From contig OY969100.1 in assembly GCA_963697895.1 (NCBI GenBank), forward strand, positions 1,632,001-1,696,000: a stretch of DNA of 64,000 nucleotides, read 5' to 3'. The notes beneath the pieces are model-generated. The model searched no databases and was not told where the DNA came from. It saw nothing but the letters and a program-made list of their open reading frames with translations. Position numbers and translations under genes: made by a program. How positions within the stretch are numbered: position 1 is the stretch's first letter; each line of letters starts with the position of its first letter. Shown one piece after another: positions 20,839 to 30,789 of this stretch. The stretch comes from an uncultured Methanomicrobiales archaeon (GTDB taxonomy: Archaea > Halobacteriota > Methanomicrobia > Methanomicrobiales > Methanospirillaceae).

Positions 20839-22231
20839 CGCATTCCTCTGAAAGCCGGAACTCATCGTGGAGGATGCGGACAGCCTTCGGCCCGTCTTCC
20901 TCTTTAACCACAAACGAAATATTCACCTCCGAAGAACCCTGGGAGATCATCTTCACGTTGATATCTGCATCTCCGAGCGCCGTAAATATTCTCCCCCCCG
21001 TCCCTTTGGCCCCCGCCATGCCTGACCCAACGACTGCAACGGCGCATATATCGCAGTTCGCGGTTACTTCTCGAATTACCCCCTGTTTTGCAAGAGGCGA
21101 GAGAGCATCCATCGCGTTCTCGAGCTGCATTTCATCGATTATCAACGATATATTCGCTTCCGATGAACCCTGGGAGATCATCATCACATTCACGTCCGCA
21201 TCAGCGAGGGCAGAAAAGATCGCTTTTGCGACTCCCGGTCTCCCGATCATCTGGACTCCGGTGATATTAACCGCAGCTACCTTTTCGATGTAGGTAAGGG
21301 CTTTCACCACGCGACTTTCACATCGTTCGCCCCGGACAATTGCAGTACCCGGGTACGAAGGGTTAAAGGTGTTCCTGACCCGGACGATGATGTCTTTCTT
21401 CATGGCAGGCTCGATCGATCTTGGATGCATTACCTTTGCTCCGAAGAACGAGAGTTCCATGACTTCAAGATATGAAATAGAGGGAATGACACGGGCATCA
21501 CCGATAACGCGGGGATCTGATGTCATAATTCCGTCGACATCGGTCCAGATCCATATTTCATCCGCATCGAGCCCCGCTCCTATCACTGCTGCCGAATAAT
21601 CTGAACCACTTCTGCCAAGGGTTGTCACTATGCCTTTCTCCGTGCAACCCATGAAGCCCATAATCACCGGGACATTGCCGGTCAGCAGGGGCAAAATACG
21701 ACCTTTGATATGCCCTTCGCTCGAAGGCAGGGCCATCGCCTCCCCATGCTGCGATGTGGTGATAATCCCCGCCTCGCAGCCGTCAAGAACAACGGACGGG
21801 ATGCCCTTCTGGCGAAGTGCAGCCGATATGATCGGTGCATTAAGCCGTTCTCCAAACGTGATGATGTAATCCCGGGATCGGGGAGTCAGCTCACGGAGAT
21901 TAAAAACCGCGTTCAGGATATTCTGGAGACTGTCCAATCGTTCTTCGAGCACATCACTGACCTCATCGGCCTGGTCTTTCGCCACCCCGTCGAGCACTTT
22001 CCAGTGCCGTAACCGAAGGGACTGTATAAAAGGTTCAATGGCGCTATTATCCCGGCTGTTCACGAGTTCGTGAGCTATTGCGATCATCTGGTCTGTTACA
22101 CCCCGTTGGGCAGAGATCACGACTGCAACCTCATTTCCGGCCGAGTAATATTGGTGGATGATATCAACCACCCGGGAGACGCTTCCTGCATCGGCGACTG
22201 AAGTCCCGCCGAACTTCATTAAAAACCTCAT
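20831..22231 (-). CDS. lysC: Aspartate kinase with ACT domains
   Basis: MKFGGTSV, TLGRSGSDYSA, WTDVDG, two ISQGSSE ACT repeats. Confidence 0.95.
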   Translation of the reverse strand: MRFLMKFGGTSVADAGSVSRVVDIIHQYYSAGNEVAVVISAQRGVTDQMIAIAHELVNSRDNSAIEPFIQSLRLRHWKVLDGVAKDQADEVSDVLEERLDSLQNILNAVFNLRELTPRSRDYIITFGERLNAPIISAALRQKGIPSVVLDGCEAGIITTSQHGEAMALPSSEGHIKGRILPLLTGNVPVIMGFMGCTEKGIVTTLGRSGSDYSAAVIGAGLDADEIWIWTDVDGIMTSDPRVIGDARVIPSISYLEVMELSFFGAKVMHPRSIEPAMKKDIIVRVRNTFNPSYPGTAIVRGERCESRVVKALTYIEKVAAVNITGVQMIGRPGVAKAIFSALADADVNVMMISQGSSEANISLIIDEMQLENAMDALSPLAKQGVIREVTANCDICAVAVVGSGMAGAKGTGGRIFTALGDADINVKMISQGSSEVNISFVVKEEDGPKAVRILHDEFRLSEECDE

Positions 22232-22294
22232 TTTCGGCTCACTTTGTCCTTTACCAGCTATTTATGTACGTATAGACCCCACCTAATTAATAAG

Positions 22295-23920
22295 ATGCCG
22301 TCGTGCGAAGTTATCGATTGTCATGTTCTCGTGATCGGGAGCGGCGGAGCTGGAGTACGGGCAGCGATAGAGGCCTCCGGGTATGGAGATACAGTGCTCG
22401 TATCAAAGACCATCGTCGGAAAAGGGGGCTGTACCACGATGGCTGAAGGCGGCTATAACGCAGTCCTCAGGGAAGGAGATTCATGTGATATTCATTTTGG
22501 CGACACTATGAAGGGGGGTGCTTATTTGAACGACCGCGAAATGGTTGAAATCCTCGTCCGTGAGTCCCCCGATCGCATGAACGACCTTATCCGGTGGGGA
22601 GCGGTCTTTGATATAACGGAAAAAGGGGAGATCGCACAACGGCCGTTCGGTGGACAACGATTTCCCCGTACCTGTTACGCAGGTGACAGGACGGGTCACG
22701 AGATGATGATGACCCTTCTCGAGCGGCTTTCTTCCTCTCCGGTCACCATCTACAATGAGATAGCAATCATTTCATTGCTTAAAGAAGGCGATACCGTGGG
22801 AGGAGCCCTCGGCCTGGATCGTAAAGGTGAGATGTTGGCATTCCGAGCTCACAACACGGTGCTTGCGACAGGCGGGGGTACTCGGATTTTTGATATATCC
22901 ACCAATTCCTCCAGTGGGACCGGTGATGGATATGCGCTGGGATATCATGCAGGTGCCACGTTGATAGACATGGAACAGGTACAGTTCCACCCGACGGGTG
23001 CGATACATCCCTATGATGCCCGGGGCAGGCTGGTGACCGAAGCGGTCCGCGGGGAGGGAGGTATCCTGAAGAACTGCCATGGGGAGCGGTTCATGGAACG
23101 ATATGACAAGGAGCGGATGGAACTCTCCACGCGGGATGTGGTCGCTCGAGCCATCGCCACCGAAATCCTCGAGGGCAAGGGGACCATTAATGGGGGTGTT
23201 TACCTGGATGTCACCCATCTCCCCGCCTCTCGGATAGAGGAGCGGCTACCTGTCATGCTTGAGCAGTTCCTCACATTCGGGGTGGATATCAGAACAGAGC
23301 CGATGGAAGTCGCTCCAACGGCACATCATATGATGGGTGGCCTCCGTATCACCCCCGAATGTAAGACAACAGTTCCGGGTCTCTTTGCCTGTGGGGAGGT
23401 TTCAGGAGGAGTGCACGGGGCAAACCGCCTCGGCGGTAATGCTCTTGCGGAAACGCAGGTATTCGGAAAGCGGGCCGGTGAGGCAGCAGGAAAATCACCC
23501 GATCGGAATATCCTGATCGATGATAACCAGATCTCAATCCAGGAGGACAGGCTTAATCGATTTCTCTGCGGGGAGATCAATACCGCAAATGCGATACAGT
23601 CCCTGCGATCTGCGATGTGGGAGGGGGCGGGCATCTTCCGCACCGCAGAAGGTCTTGAAAATACCCTCGTCACCATCGGTCATCTTTCAACATTGGATCT
23701 CTATGCCGCGACACCCTACAACCTTGCAGAGTGCTGTATATTTGAGAATATGTGTACAACCGCCTCACTTGTCGTCCGGGGTGCTTTGCTCCGAAAAGAG
23801 TCCCGGGGCGCACATGTCCGGAGAGATGTTAAACAGGCCTGGGATGCCGAACATTCACCGTACCGGCATACATACCTGTCTTGCAACGTGGCAGGCATAG
23901 AAACAGGTGTATGGGCATGA
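22295..23920 (+). CDS. tfrA: Thiol:fumarate reductase flavoprotein subunit A
   Basis: GSGGAG, TTMAEGG (no covalent-FAD His), QFHPT, HGANRLGGNAL, ESRGAH. Confidence 0.9.
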   Translation: MPSCEVIDCHVLVIGSGGAGVRAAIEASGYGDTVLVSKTIVGKGGCTTMAEGGYNAVLREGDSCDIHFGDTMKGGAYLNDREMVEILVRESPDRMNDLIRWGAVFDITEKGEIAQRPFGGQRFPRTCYAGDRTGHEMMMTLLERLSSSPVTIYNEIAIISLLKEGDTVGGALGLDRKGEMLAFRAHNTVLATGGGTRIFDISTNSSSGTGDGYALGYHAGATLIDMEQVQFHPTGAIHPYDARGRLVTEAVRGEGGILKNCHGERFMERYDKERMELSTRDVVARAIATEILEGKGTINGGVYLDVTHLPASRIEERLPVMLEQFLTFGVDIRTEPMEVAPTAHHMMGGLRITPECKTTVPGLFACGEVSGGVHGANRLGGNALAETQVFGKRAGEAAGKSPDRNILIDDNQISIQEDRLNRFLCGEINTANAIQSLRSAMWEGAGIFRTAEGLENTLVTIGHLSTLDLYAATPYNLAECCIFENMCTTASLVVRGALLRKESRGAHVRRDVKQAWDAEHSPYRHTYLSCNVAGIETGVWA

Positions 23921-25392
23921 AGGATCTAACGGTCAGAGTCTTCCGGTTCAACCCCGATTTCGATCAGGCGCCCCGGTATGAGACGTACCAAATCCGGGTG
24001 AACGAAGGGGCAAGGGTACTGCACGCACTTCATGCGATCCATGATGAACTCGATCCAACCCTCTCCTATCGGTACTGCTGCAGTTCGGGCCAGTGCGGTT
24101 CCTGTGCTGTACGGGTCAACGGGGAACCCCGTCTTGCCTGCATGGAAGAGGCCACGGATGGGATGATGATCGAGCCCCTCGACCTCCCGATCAAAAAAGA
24201 TCTTGTAGTGGATATGGAACCGATGCTCTCTCTCCTTCCGGTCATCGAGCCCGGAATGGAATGCAGGTTGCCAACACGGGAGGAGATCGAGCTGATGAAG
24301 CCTCTCCGGAGCTGCATCGAATGTCTCGCCTGCGTCTCGGCGTGTCCGGCCCTGAAAGTGGCTGAATTTGCAGGTCCGACGGCGATGCGCCAGCAAATGC
24401 GACTCGCTCTCGATTCCCGGGATACAAAAGACCGGATTTCGGAAGCGATCGAACAGGGACTCTTTACCTGCACCACCTGCCAGAAATGTGTTGAGGTCTG
24501 CCCGAAAGAGATTCGGACACCGGGTAAAGCGGTGGAGAAGCTGCGTGAGCTTGCGAACCGGAGGGGCCTGACCCTCCCCCGGCACCAGGAGGTCTCCCGG
24601 CTTATCGAGGAGACAGGCAGGAGTGTTACCCGGAGTGGACCAACCTTCCTCGAGCAGGTTCCCGAAATAATCGAACCGTACGGGGAGGTCCGGGGGGAGG
24701 TCGGATTTTTCATCGGGTGCATGTATAATTGCCGCCTTCCCCGGACTGCCCTCGATATGATTGAAGTAATGCGGAGAAACGGTATACGAGTAATCATTCC
24801 CCATGAACAGGTCTGTTGTGGATCTCCTCTTATCAGAACGGGTCAGACGGGCTTACTTCCGAACCTGATGCAGAGAAATATTGATGCATTTGCCTTCCGC
24901 GGTATAAAGATGGTCATGACGATGTGTGCCGGTTGCGGGGCAACGCTGAAAAAGGACTATCAAACGCCATTCGAGGTACTCGATGTGACCGAAGTCCTGA
25001 CCCGGTTTGGTATCGAATCGCCGGAAAGGCTTCCCGTTCGGGCGACCTATCACGATCCGTGCCATCTCCTGAGAGGTCAGGGCATATCTGAGGAGCCGAG
25101 AGAGCTTTTGAAAAAGGCGGTTACTGAGTTTGTAGAAATGCCTGCCCAATGCTGCGGTGCCGGGGGTGGTGTCCGTTCAGGTCTCCCCGATGAGGCGGCA
25201 GCCTTGGGAACGGTACGGGGAGAGGAGATTCGAAAAACCGGTGCAGATCTGGTCGTAACTGCATGCCCGTTCTGTGAGTTCCATATCCGGGAACATACCG
25301 ATGTTCCCGTGAAACACATCGCGACCGTCCTCCTTGAGGCATACCAGAAAAAGGACCGGAAGAATGCCGTAACAGCCCAAGGCTGCGAATAA
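23917..25392 (+). CDS. tfrB: Thiol:fumarate reductase Fe-S/CCG subunit B
   Basis: 2Fe-2S motif CSSGQCGSC, two 4Fe-4S motifs, two CCG domains (HdrD-like). Confidence 0.9.
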   Translation: MKDLTVRVFRFNPDFDQAPRYETYQIRVNEGARVLHALHAIHDELDPTLSYRYCCSSGQCGSCAVRVNGEPRLACMEEATDGMMIEPLDLPIKKDLVVDMEPMLSLLPVIEPGMECRLPTREEIELMKPLRSCIECLACVSACPALKVAEFAGPTAMRQQMRLALDSRDTKDRISEAIEQGLFTCTTCQKCVEVCPKEIRTPGKAVEKLRELANRRGLTLPRHQEVSRLIEETGRSVTRSGPTFLEQVPEIIEPYGEVRGEVGFFIGCMYNCRLPRTALDMIEVMRRNGIRVIIPHEQVCCGSPLIRTGQTGLLPNLMQRNIDAFAFRGIKMVMTMCAGCGATLKKDYQTPFEVLDVTEVLTRFGIESPERLPVRATYHDPCHLLRGQGISEEPRELLKKAVTEFVEMPAQCCGAGGGVRSGLPDEAAALGTVRGEEIRKTGADLVVTACPFCEFHIREHTDVPVKHIATVLLEAYQKKDRKNAVTAQGCE

Positions 25393-25540
25393 TTTCCGAC
25401 CCTGTTTTCCTGTTTTATACAGATCTTTCCGGATCTAGAATCATGCAGAGACGAGTACGGAAAAGAGGAAATATTCCCCGGGAAATAAAACCGCCTATTC
25501 CCAGGAATCTGTCATTATTCTGATATGAAAGCATAAAAAT

Positions 25541-25906
25541 TTATTTTCTTATCATTGCACCGATCGCACCGCCGATCCATCCGAGGATAACGAAATATAT
25601 GACGACGATGAATACCAACAGAACACCTGCAAATACGGCGAACGGTTCAAGAATCCCCTGCAGGATTGCGGTACCCAGCAAATAATCGATGGAGACTACA
25701 ACCCCCCCAATGATACCCGCAATCAGTCCCGCCTTACCACCCTCAATGAGGTTCCGCCGCACAATCAGGCCCGCGACCAGCCCGCCGATGAAAGGGCCGA
25801 GAAGGGGGATAAATTTCAATAAATTTACGGTAATAAGCGCGAAGGCGAGCATCACCAGGAATCCTATTATGACCGCCATCCAGAATTTGTCCCGCTCTTC
25901 TACCAT
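25541..25906 (-). CDS. Small Gly-rich membrane protein (DUF5518-like)
   Basis: GPFIGGLVAG, GGKAGLIAGIIGG, LGWIGGAIG. Confidence 0.75.
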   Translation of the reverse strand: MVEERDKFWMAVIIGFLVMLAFALITVNLLKFIPLLGPFIGGLVAGLIVRRNLIEGGKAGLIAGIIGGVVVSIDYLLGTAILQGILEPFAVFAGVLLVFIVVIYFVILGWIGGAIGAMIRK

Positions 25907-26119
25907 GGGAAAAAAATCAGTGGAACCATTATAAATAGATTCGGAATTGACTTGAAGGCTTGATTTCACCCTCTTGGCGCGAATTCTGCCGGATACGGAG
26001 GTCCCGGAAAACAACCTGCCAATCACCCAGTATCGATCTTCAGAAAAGAGATTATTTGCACATGTTCCTCACCCGCTATCCGGGTCTACTGATAGTCCGG
26101 CGATTCCAGGAAGTACAGA

Positions 26120-26677
26120 TCAAATCAGGAAGGGAAAAAGAGTAAGAAGGACGCAGATACTGATTGGAATCGTGAGATTGTCATCCACGGGCGAGATCAA
26201 CTCTACCATACCGGCAACAACCGATATCGTTCCCGCGCCTGCAGGGCTGACTATCAGGAGGAGCGGGAAAAAAGTTGCGATTATTCCGAATACAGTCCCT
26301 TCCAGGGTTTTATTATTCCATATCCGTGTTTTTCCGAATCGTTTCCCTGCAATGGCTGCAACGGAATCGAGTATGGAAAGCGCAACAACTGCCGGAGCGA
26401 CGACCGGTACCGGGAACACAATCAGGCAGAACAGAGCACTGGCGGTAAAATAGAGAGCACCTCTCCCGGGAAGTGAATCCTCCCGATCGAGATATTTTAC
26501 GAACCGGGAGATGAAGGGTATTGGATATCCCCGTCCTATCAATTCTGAGAGGATCAGGCCTGCAAGTAGAGCGAGGGCGAGAATTTCTATTACGAATTCG
26601 CGCGGGAGGGTGATGATGAGACCGGCAATCGCGAGGCCGAACACGAGATGGACAAGTTTCCGGATCGTTTCCCGCAT
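26120..26677 (-). CDS. Dolichol/phytol kinase - phosphatidate cytidylyltransferase-like membrane protein
   Basis: RKLVHL, DSVAAIAGKRFG, KTLEG, DDNLTIP. Confidence 0.82.
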   Translation of the reverse strand: MRETIRKLVHLVFGLAIAGLIITLPREFVIEILALALLAGLILSELIGRGYPIPFISRFVKYLDREDSLPGRGALYFTASALFCLIVFPVPVVAPAVVALSILDSVAAIAGKRFGKTRIWNNKTLEGTVFGIIATFFPLLLIVSPAGAGTISVVAGMVELISPVDDNLTIPISICVLLTLFPFLI

Positions 26678-26817
26678 GAGAAAAACTTCAATCCCGCGGG
26701 TAGTTAATGTAACTGTTCACTCCCGGGTATAACCGCCTGTTTGCGGGATATCATAAAATATACGGCTCCTCCAGAGGAGCGTTCATAAGATATCATGGCA
26801 ATATCCTTCTGAACAGA

Positions 26818-28104
26818 TTGCCACAATGTATCACTCCCGGGGTGGTGGAGGAGTATCTTAAACTCTTTTCCCTTCCGGGTTCTTGCCATAGAGACCCGAT
26901 TTCGCCTGCCTATACAACCCAGGTTAAATATATTACGATCGATAACATTCCAATCCCACAATTCACGAATGAATTCTGGACTTCCGGGCAGCGAAGGGCT
27001 TCTTCTATTCACGAGATCTCATATCGGGCCTGCTTTAAACCCCAACTCCCTCATTTTTTCATCGGGCTCCTTACGGATATCAACGATGTGGTATATGACC
27101 CTTTTAGTGGACGGGGAACGACCGTAATCGAAGCCGGTTTAATGGACAGGCGTTGTATTGCAAATGATGCAAATCCGCTGTCCCGGATCCTTATCAGACC
27201 ACGTTTCTTTGCACCTAATCTGCAGGATGTAAAAACCCGCCTCGCAGAGATCCCGATATTCTATCAATCGGAAGCGGAGATCGATCTCAGCATGTTTTAT
27301 CAGGGGAAAACCGAGGCGGAGATTGTCTCGCTCAGGGAATATCTGAACGATCGCAAACGAACAGGTGCAGAGGATGAGGTGGACGGGTGGATACGTATGG
27401 TAGCGACCAATCGCCTGACGGGACATTCAAAGGGATTTTTCTCAGTTTATACTCTTCCGCCCAACCAGGCGGTCAGCAGGGAAAGTCAGATAAAGATAAA
27501 CGAAAAGAGAAAACAGATTCCGGAATATCGAAATACCCATGATATTATCCTGAAAAAAACAGCATCCCTCCTCCGGACCCTCACTTCTGAGGATCGGACG
27601 AATCTTAGAAAAAATGGAGAGTCTGCCCTTTATTTCTCGGAAGATGCTCGAACTGTCAGGGGAATCGAGGATGGAACTGTCGGGCTTACGGTGACTTCAC
27701 CCCCCTTCCTTGATGTCGTGCAATATCCGAAGGATAACTGGCTTCGATGCTGGTTCAATTCGATCGATGATACGGAGATCTTCTCTGCAATCACCTTGGC
27801 GAGGACCCTTTCCGGATGGGAGAACGTAATGGGACGGGTGTTCCATGAACTTTTCCGGGTGACGGCTCCTGGCGGCTGGGTCGCGTTCGAGGTAGGGGAG
27901 GTCCGAAAAGGGACTATCCGGCTTGAAAATGCGGTAGTTCCTCTCGGGCACGCTGCAGGGTTCACTCCCGTCTGCATTCTGATCAACCGGCAGCAATTCA
28001 CGAAGACCGCCCATATATGGGGTATAGATAACAATGCGAATGGAACGAACACAAATCGGATCGTTATTTTCAGGAAAGAGGATGATAGGTTCGGGGAATC
28101 GTAA
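26818..28104 (+). CDS. Orphan amino-DNA methyltransferase (probably N4-cytosine); start uncertain
   Basis: SYRACFKPQL, motif I YDPFSGRGTT, motif IV VTSPPF. Confidence 0.82.
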   Translation: MPQCITPGVVEEYLKLFSLPGSCHRDPISPAYTTQVKYITIDNIPIPQFTNEFWTSGQRRASSIHEISYRACFKPQLPHFFIGLLTDINDVVYDPFSGRGTTVIEAGLMDRRCIANDANPLSRILIRPRFFAPNLQDVKTRLAEIPIFYQSEAEIDLSMFYQGKTEAEIVSLREYLNDRKRTGAEDEVDGWIRMVATNRLTGHSKGFFSVYTLPPNQAVSRESQIKINEKRKQIPEYRNTHDIILKKTASLLRTLTSEDRTNLRKNGESALYFSEDARTVRGIEDGTVGLTVTSPPFLDVVQYPKDNWLRCWFNSIDDTEIFSAITLARTLSGWENVMGRVFHELFRVTAPGGWVAFEVGEVRKGTIRLENAVVPLGHAAGFTPVCILINRQQFTKTAHIWGIDNNANGTNTNRIVIFRKEDDRFGES

Positions 28105-28129
28105 ACCCCCGGGTATGTAGGTCTGAACC

Positions 28130-29281
28130 TCACCGCGTCATCAGGTATTCATACGCTTCGAGAGCGGCCTTGGCACCTTCCCCCGAAGCGGTGATGATCT
28201 GCTTGGTTTTGATATTCGTTACATCTCCCGCCGCATAGATCCCCGGGACATCCGTGTGGCAGTTGATATCAACAATAATCTCCTTTTGATCGTTCATTGC
28301 AACGACGTCTTCCAGAAATCCGGTATTTGGTACCCATCCTATCTCGGTGAACAGACCGTCCAGATCTATCTTTGTCTCTGTCCCTTTCAGGCGATCCTTA
28401 AGGGTTACACCAGTAAGAGCGGTCTCCCCATGGAGGGCAGAAATGTCACTGTCGAGATGGGTGATAATGTTTTTCTTCGTCTGGTAAAGGTTCTTGTATA
28501 CATCGTCCGCACGGATTTTACTCCGTACGATCAGGTGTACTTCCCGGGCGATACCACTCATTTCGATCGCCGTCTGGAGGGCTGAATTCCCACCGCCTGC
28601 AACCGCAACGATTTTGTCCTTAAAGAGAGGTCCATCGCAGGTGGAGCAGATGGAGAGTCCCTTCCCGAGGTACCGGTCCTCTCCCTCCACCCCGAGTTTG
28701 CGGGGCCGCTTTCCCTGGGCTAGAATAATGGCTTTTCCCCGGTAAACATCCCCTGTAATAGTATTCAGAACGAATAGATCATCGGATTGGGTCAGGCTTA
28801 CCACACTATCCAGTTCGAGATGAACTTTCTGCGATCTGATCTGTTCTTCAAATTTTCGCATCAGCTCGTCCCCGGTGATCATCCGGTACCCCATGTAATT
28901 TTCGACCGTCCAGCTTTCCAGTGCCTGGCCACCGATATTTTCACTGATAAGAACCGTTTTTAATGATTTGCGTGCGCAATAAACCCCTGCGGTAAGGCCA
29001 GCCGGTCCTGCCCCGACGATAAGGATATCATAGACCTCCTCCGCCTTCACTGCCCCGAAGAGTTCGTTGAAACGGGCCGGATCGAAACCCACGATCACCT
29101 CGTCTCCAACCGTTGTGACCGGAACACCATATTGTCCGGAGATCTCGATCATCCTCTTTGCCGCTTCGCGATCTTCTCCGACATCGATGCTTGTATACGC
29201 TACCCCGTGTTTTTCGAGGAATGCCTTTACCATCCGGCAATAAGGGCAACTTTTGGTTGAGTAGACTGAGACCTCTGGCAT
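28130..29281 (-). CDS. Glutaredoxin-thioredoxin reductase fusion
   Basis: N-terminal CPYC/GQYGVPV Grx domain; GAGPAG, CSTCDG, GGGNSA, AAGDVT. Confidence 0.9.
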   Translation of the reverse strand: MPEVSVYSTKSCPYCRMVKAFLEKHGVAYTSIDVGEDREAAKRMIEISGQYGVPVTTVGDEVIVGFDPARFNELFGAVKAEEVYDILIVGAGPAGLTAGVYCARKSLKTVLISENIGGQALESWTVENYMGYRMITGDELMRKFEEQIRSQKVHLELDSVVSLTQSDDLFVLNTITGDVYRGKAIILAQGKRPRKLGVEGEDRYLGKGLSICSTCDGPLFKDKIVAVAGGGNSALQTAIEMSGIAREVHLIVRSKIRADDVYKNLYQTKKNIITHLDSDISALHGETALTGVTLKDRLKGTETKIDLDGLFTEIGWVPNTGFLEDVVAMNDQKEIIVDINCHTDVPGIYAAGDVTNIKTKQIITASGEGAKAALEAYEYLMTR

Positions 29282-29426
29282 TTGATCGAGGTTTATCTGA
29301 GTAAAGATAAAGATATTGGCGCAGTAGCGGAGGGGAGGGGAGAATAGCTTACCTGACCAAATCGGAGAAAGATTTTCATAACGTTTCCTTCAAATTTTTT
29401 TGGAAAATGAAGAGATTCCATCCCGG

Positions 29427-29927
29427 TTATGGGATCTCTTTGAAGACTTTCTTGAATGCCTTGCAAACCGGACACTGGTCAGGAGGGGTGCCGAAGAAAA
29501 TATTCCCGCAAACCGGACATATGAACATCTTTTTTGCGGTGAGATCGCGTTTCTCTTTCACCGCCTTCAGTGCTTCCGTGAAGAGAAAAGCATGCACTTC
29601 CTCAACCTTCATGGCATACGTGAATGCAAGTGCCGCATCGCTCTTCTTTTCATTTTCCGCATCCATTACAAAACCCGGATACATCTCGGTGAACTCGTTG
29701 GTCTCGCCGGAGATGGCAGCCTTCAGGTTTTCTTCCGTCGTGCCAATGGCCTCTAGCACCTTCAACAATCTCCTCGCATGAATGGCTTCTGCCTCTGATG
29801 CAGCAAGAAAAAGGCGGGCAATATTCGTGAGTCCTTCCTGAGCCGCTTTTTCGGAAAATGCCTGGTACTTCCTGTTTGCCTGGGATTCCCCGGCAAAAGC
29901 GGTGATTGCATCATCTCGAGTTTTCAT
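29427..29927 (-). CDS. rbr: Rubrerythrin
   Basis: AFAGESQANRKY, EAIHA, EEVHA, CPVCG...CPVC. Confidence 0.93.
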   Translation of the reverse strand: MKTRDDAITAFAGESQANRKYQAFSEKAAQEGLTNIARLFLAASEAEAIHARRLLKVLEAIGTTEENLKAAISGETNEFTEMYPGFVMDAENEKKSDAALAFTYAMKVEEVHAFLFTEALKAVKEKRDLTAKKMFICPVCGNIFFGTPPDQCPVCKAFKKVFKEIP

Positions 29928-30077
29928 ACGATACAGTTGAGCAAAACCCCTTATGAATGTATTCACCGGGGCTCTCGCGAAAAGTCGTTGACAAAAAAGA
30001 ACCCTTTTCAACTCCATCATCCAGTAATTCTCATCAACAGTTTTACGAACACCATACGAGGATACAAAACGAATCGC

Positions 30078-30737
30078 ATGAAACGCATCAGGGAACTCCC
30101 CGAACAGGACCGACCACGGGAGAAGCTCGAAAAAAAAGGCGCATCTGCGCTCTCCGACCGGGAACTCGTCGCTGCAATAATTGGAGGGGGAATCCAGGAA
30201 AGGGATGTTCTCGAGGTCGCCGGCGATATTGTGCGGCGGCTTGAGAAAGGACCGCCATTCAGCTATGATAATTTTCGGGGGATTAAGGGGGTAGGCCCGG
30301 CAAAGGCATCACAAATTCTGGCCTGTTTCGAACTATCCCGCCGGTACGGAAGGTCCGTCGACGGGGCACGGATCGGCACACCTGCCGATGTTCTGCCGCT
30401 TGTGGCTTTCCTTGCCCCCTTGAAACAGGAACACTTTGTCTGTATCACCCTGAACGGTGCGGGGGAGGTATTAGGGAACCGGACGATTACCGTCGGGCTC
30501 CTCAACCACAGCCTGGTACATCCGCGGGAAGTGTTTGCCGATGCGATCACAGACCGGGCAGCATCCATCATCTGCGTCCACAACCACCCTTCAGGAAGTC
30601 TGGAAGCAAGCACCCAGGACATCATGATAACGCGGCAGCTCGTAAGCGCCGGTGAAATCCTCGGGATACGGGTGCTCGATCATATTATCGTAACAAAACA
30701 GGGCCACCTTTCCCTGAAGGAAAAGGGACTTTTCTAG
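30078..30737 (+). CDS. radC: RadC family (HhH + JAB domain) protein
   Basis: DRPREKL, VHPREVF, HNHPSG, VLDHII. Confidence 0.93.
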   Translation: MKRIRELPEQDRPREKLEKKGASALSDRELVAAIIGGGIQERDVLEVAGDIVRRLEKGPPFSYDNFRGIKGVGPAKASQILACFELSRRYGRSVDGARIGTPADVLPLVAFLAPLKQEHFVCITLNGAGEVLGNRTITVGLLNHSLVHPREVFADAITDRAASIICVHNHPSGSLEASTQDIMITRQLVSAGEILGIRVLDHIIVTKQGHLSLKEKGLF

Positions 30738-30755
30738 ATCACCAGAGAACAGGTG

Positions 30756-30778
30756 GTTATGGGACACTGTTCCATAAC
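30756..30778. terminator. Hairpin between convergent radC and flavoprotein genes
   Basis: GTTATGGGAC-act-GTTCCATAAC inverted repeat. Confidence 0.4.
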
Positions 30779-30789
30779 GGGATACCCCT

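Noticed and set aside
26818-30737. Mobile element or defence island around the MTase and radC
   Set aside because: No integrase, transposase, terminal repeats or nuclease; interleaved with housekeeping redox genes
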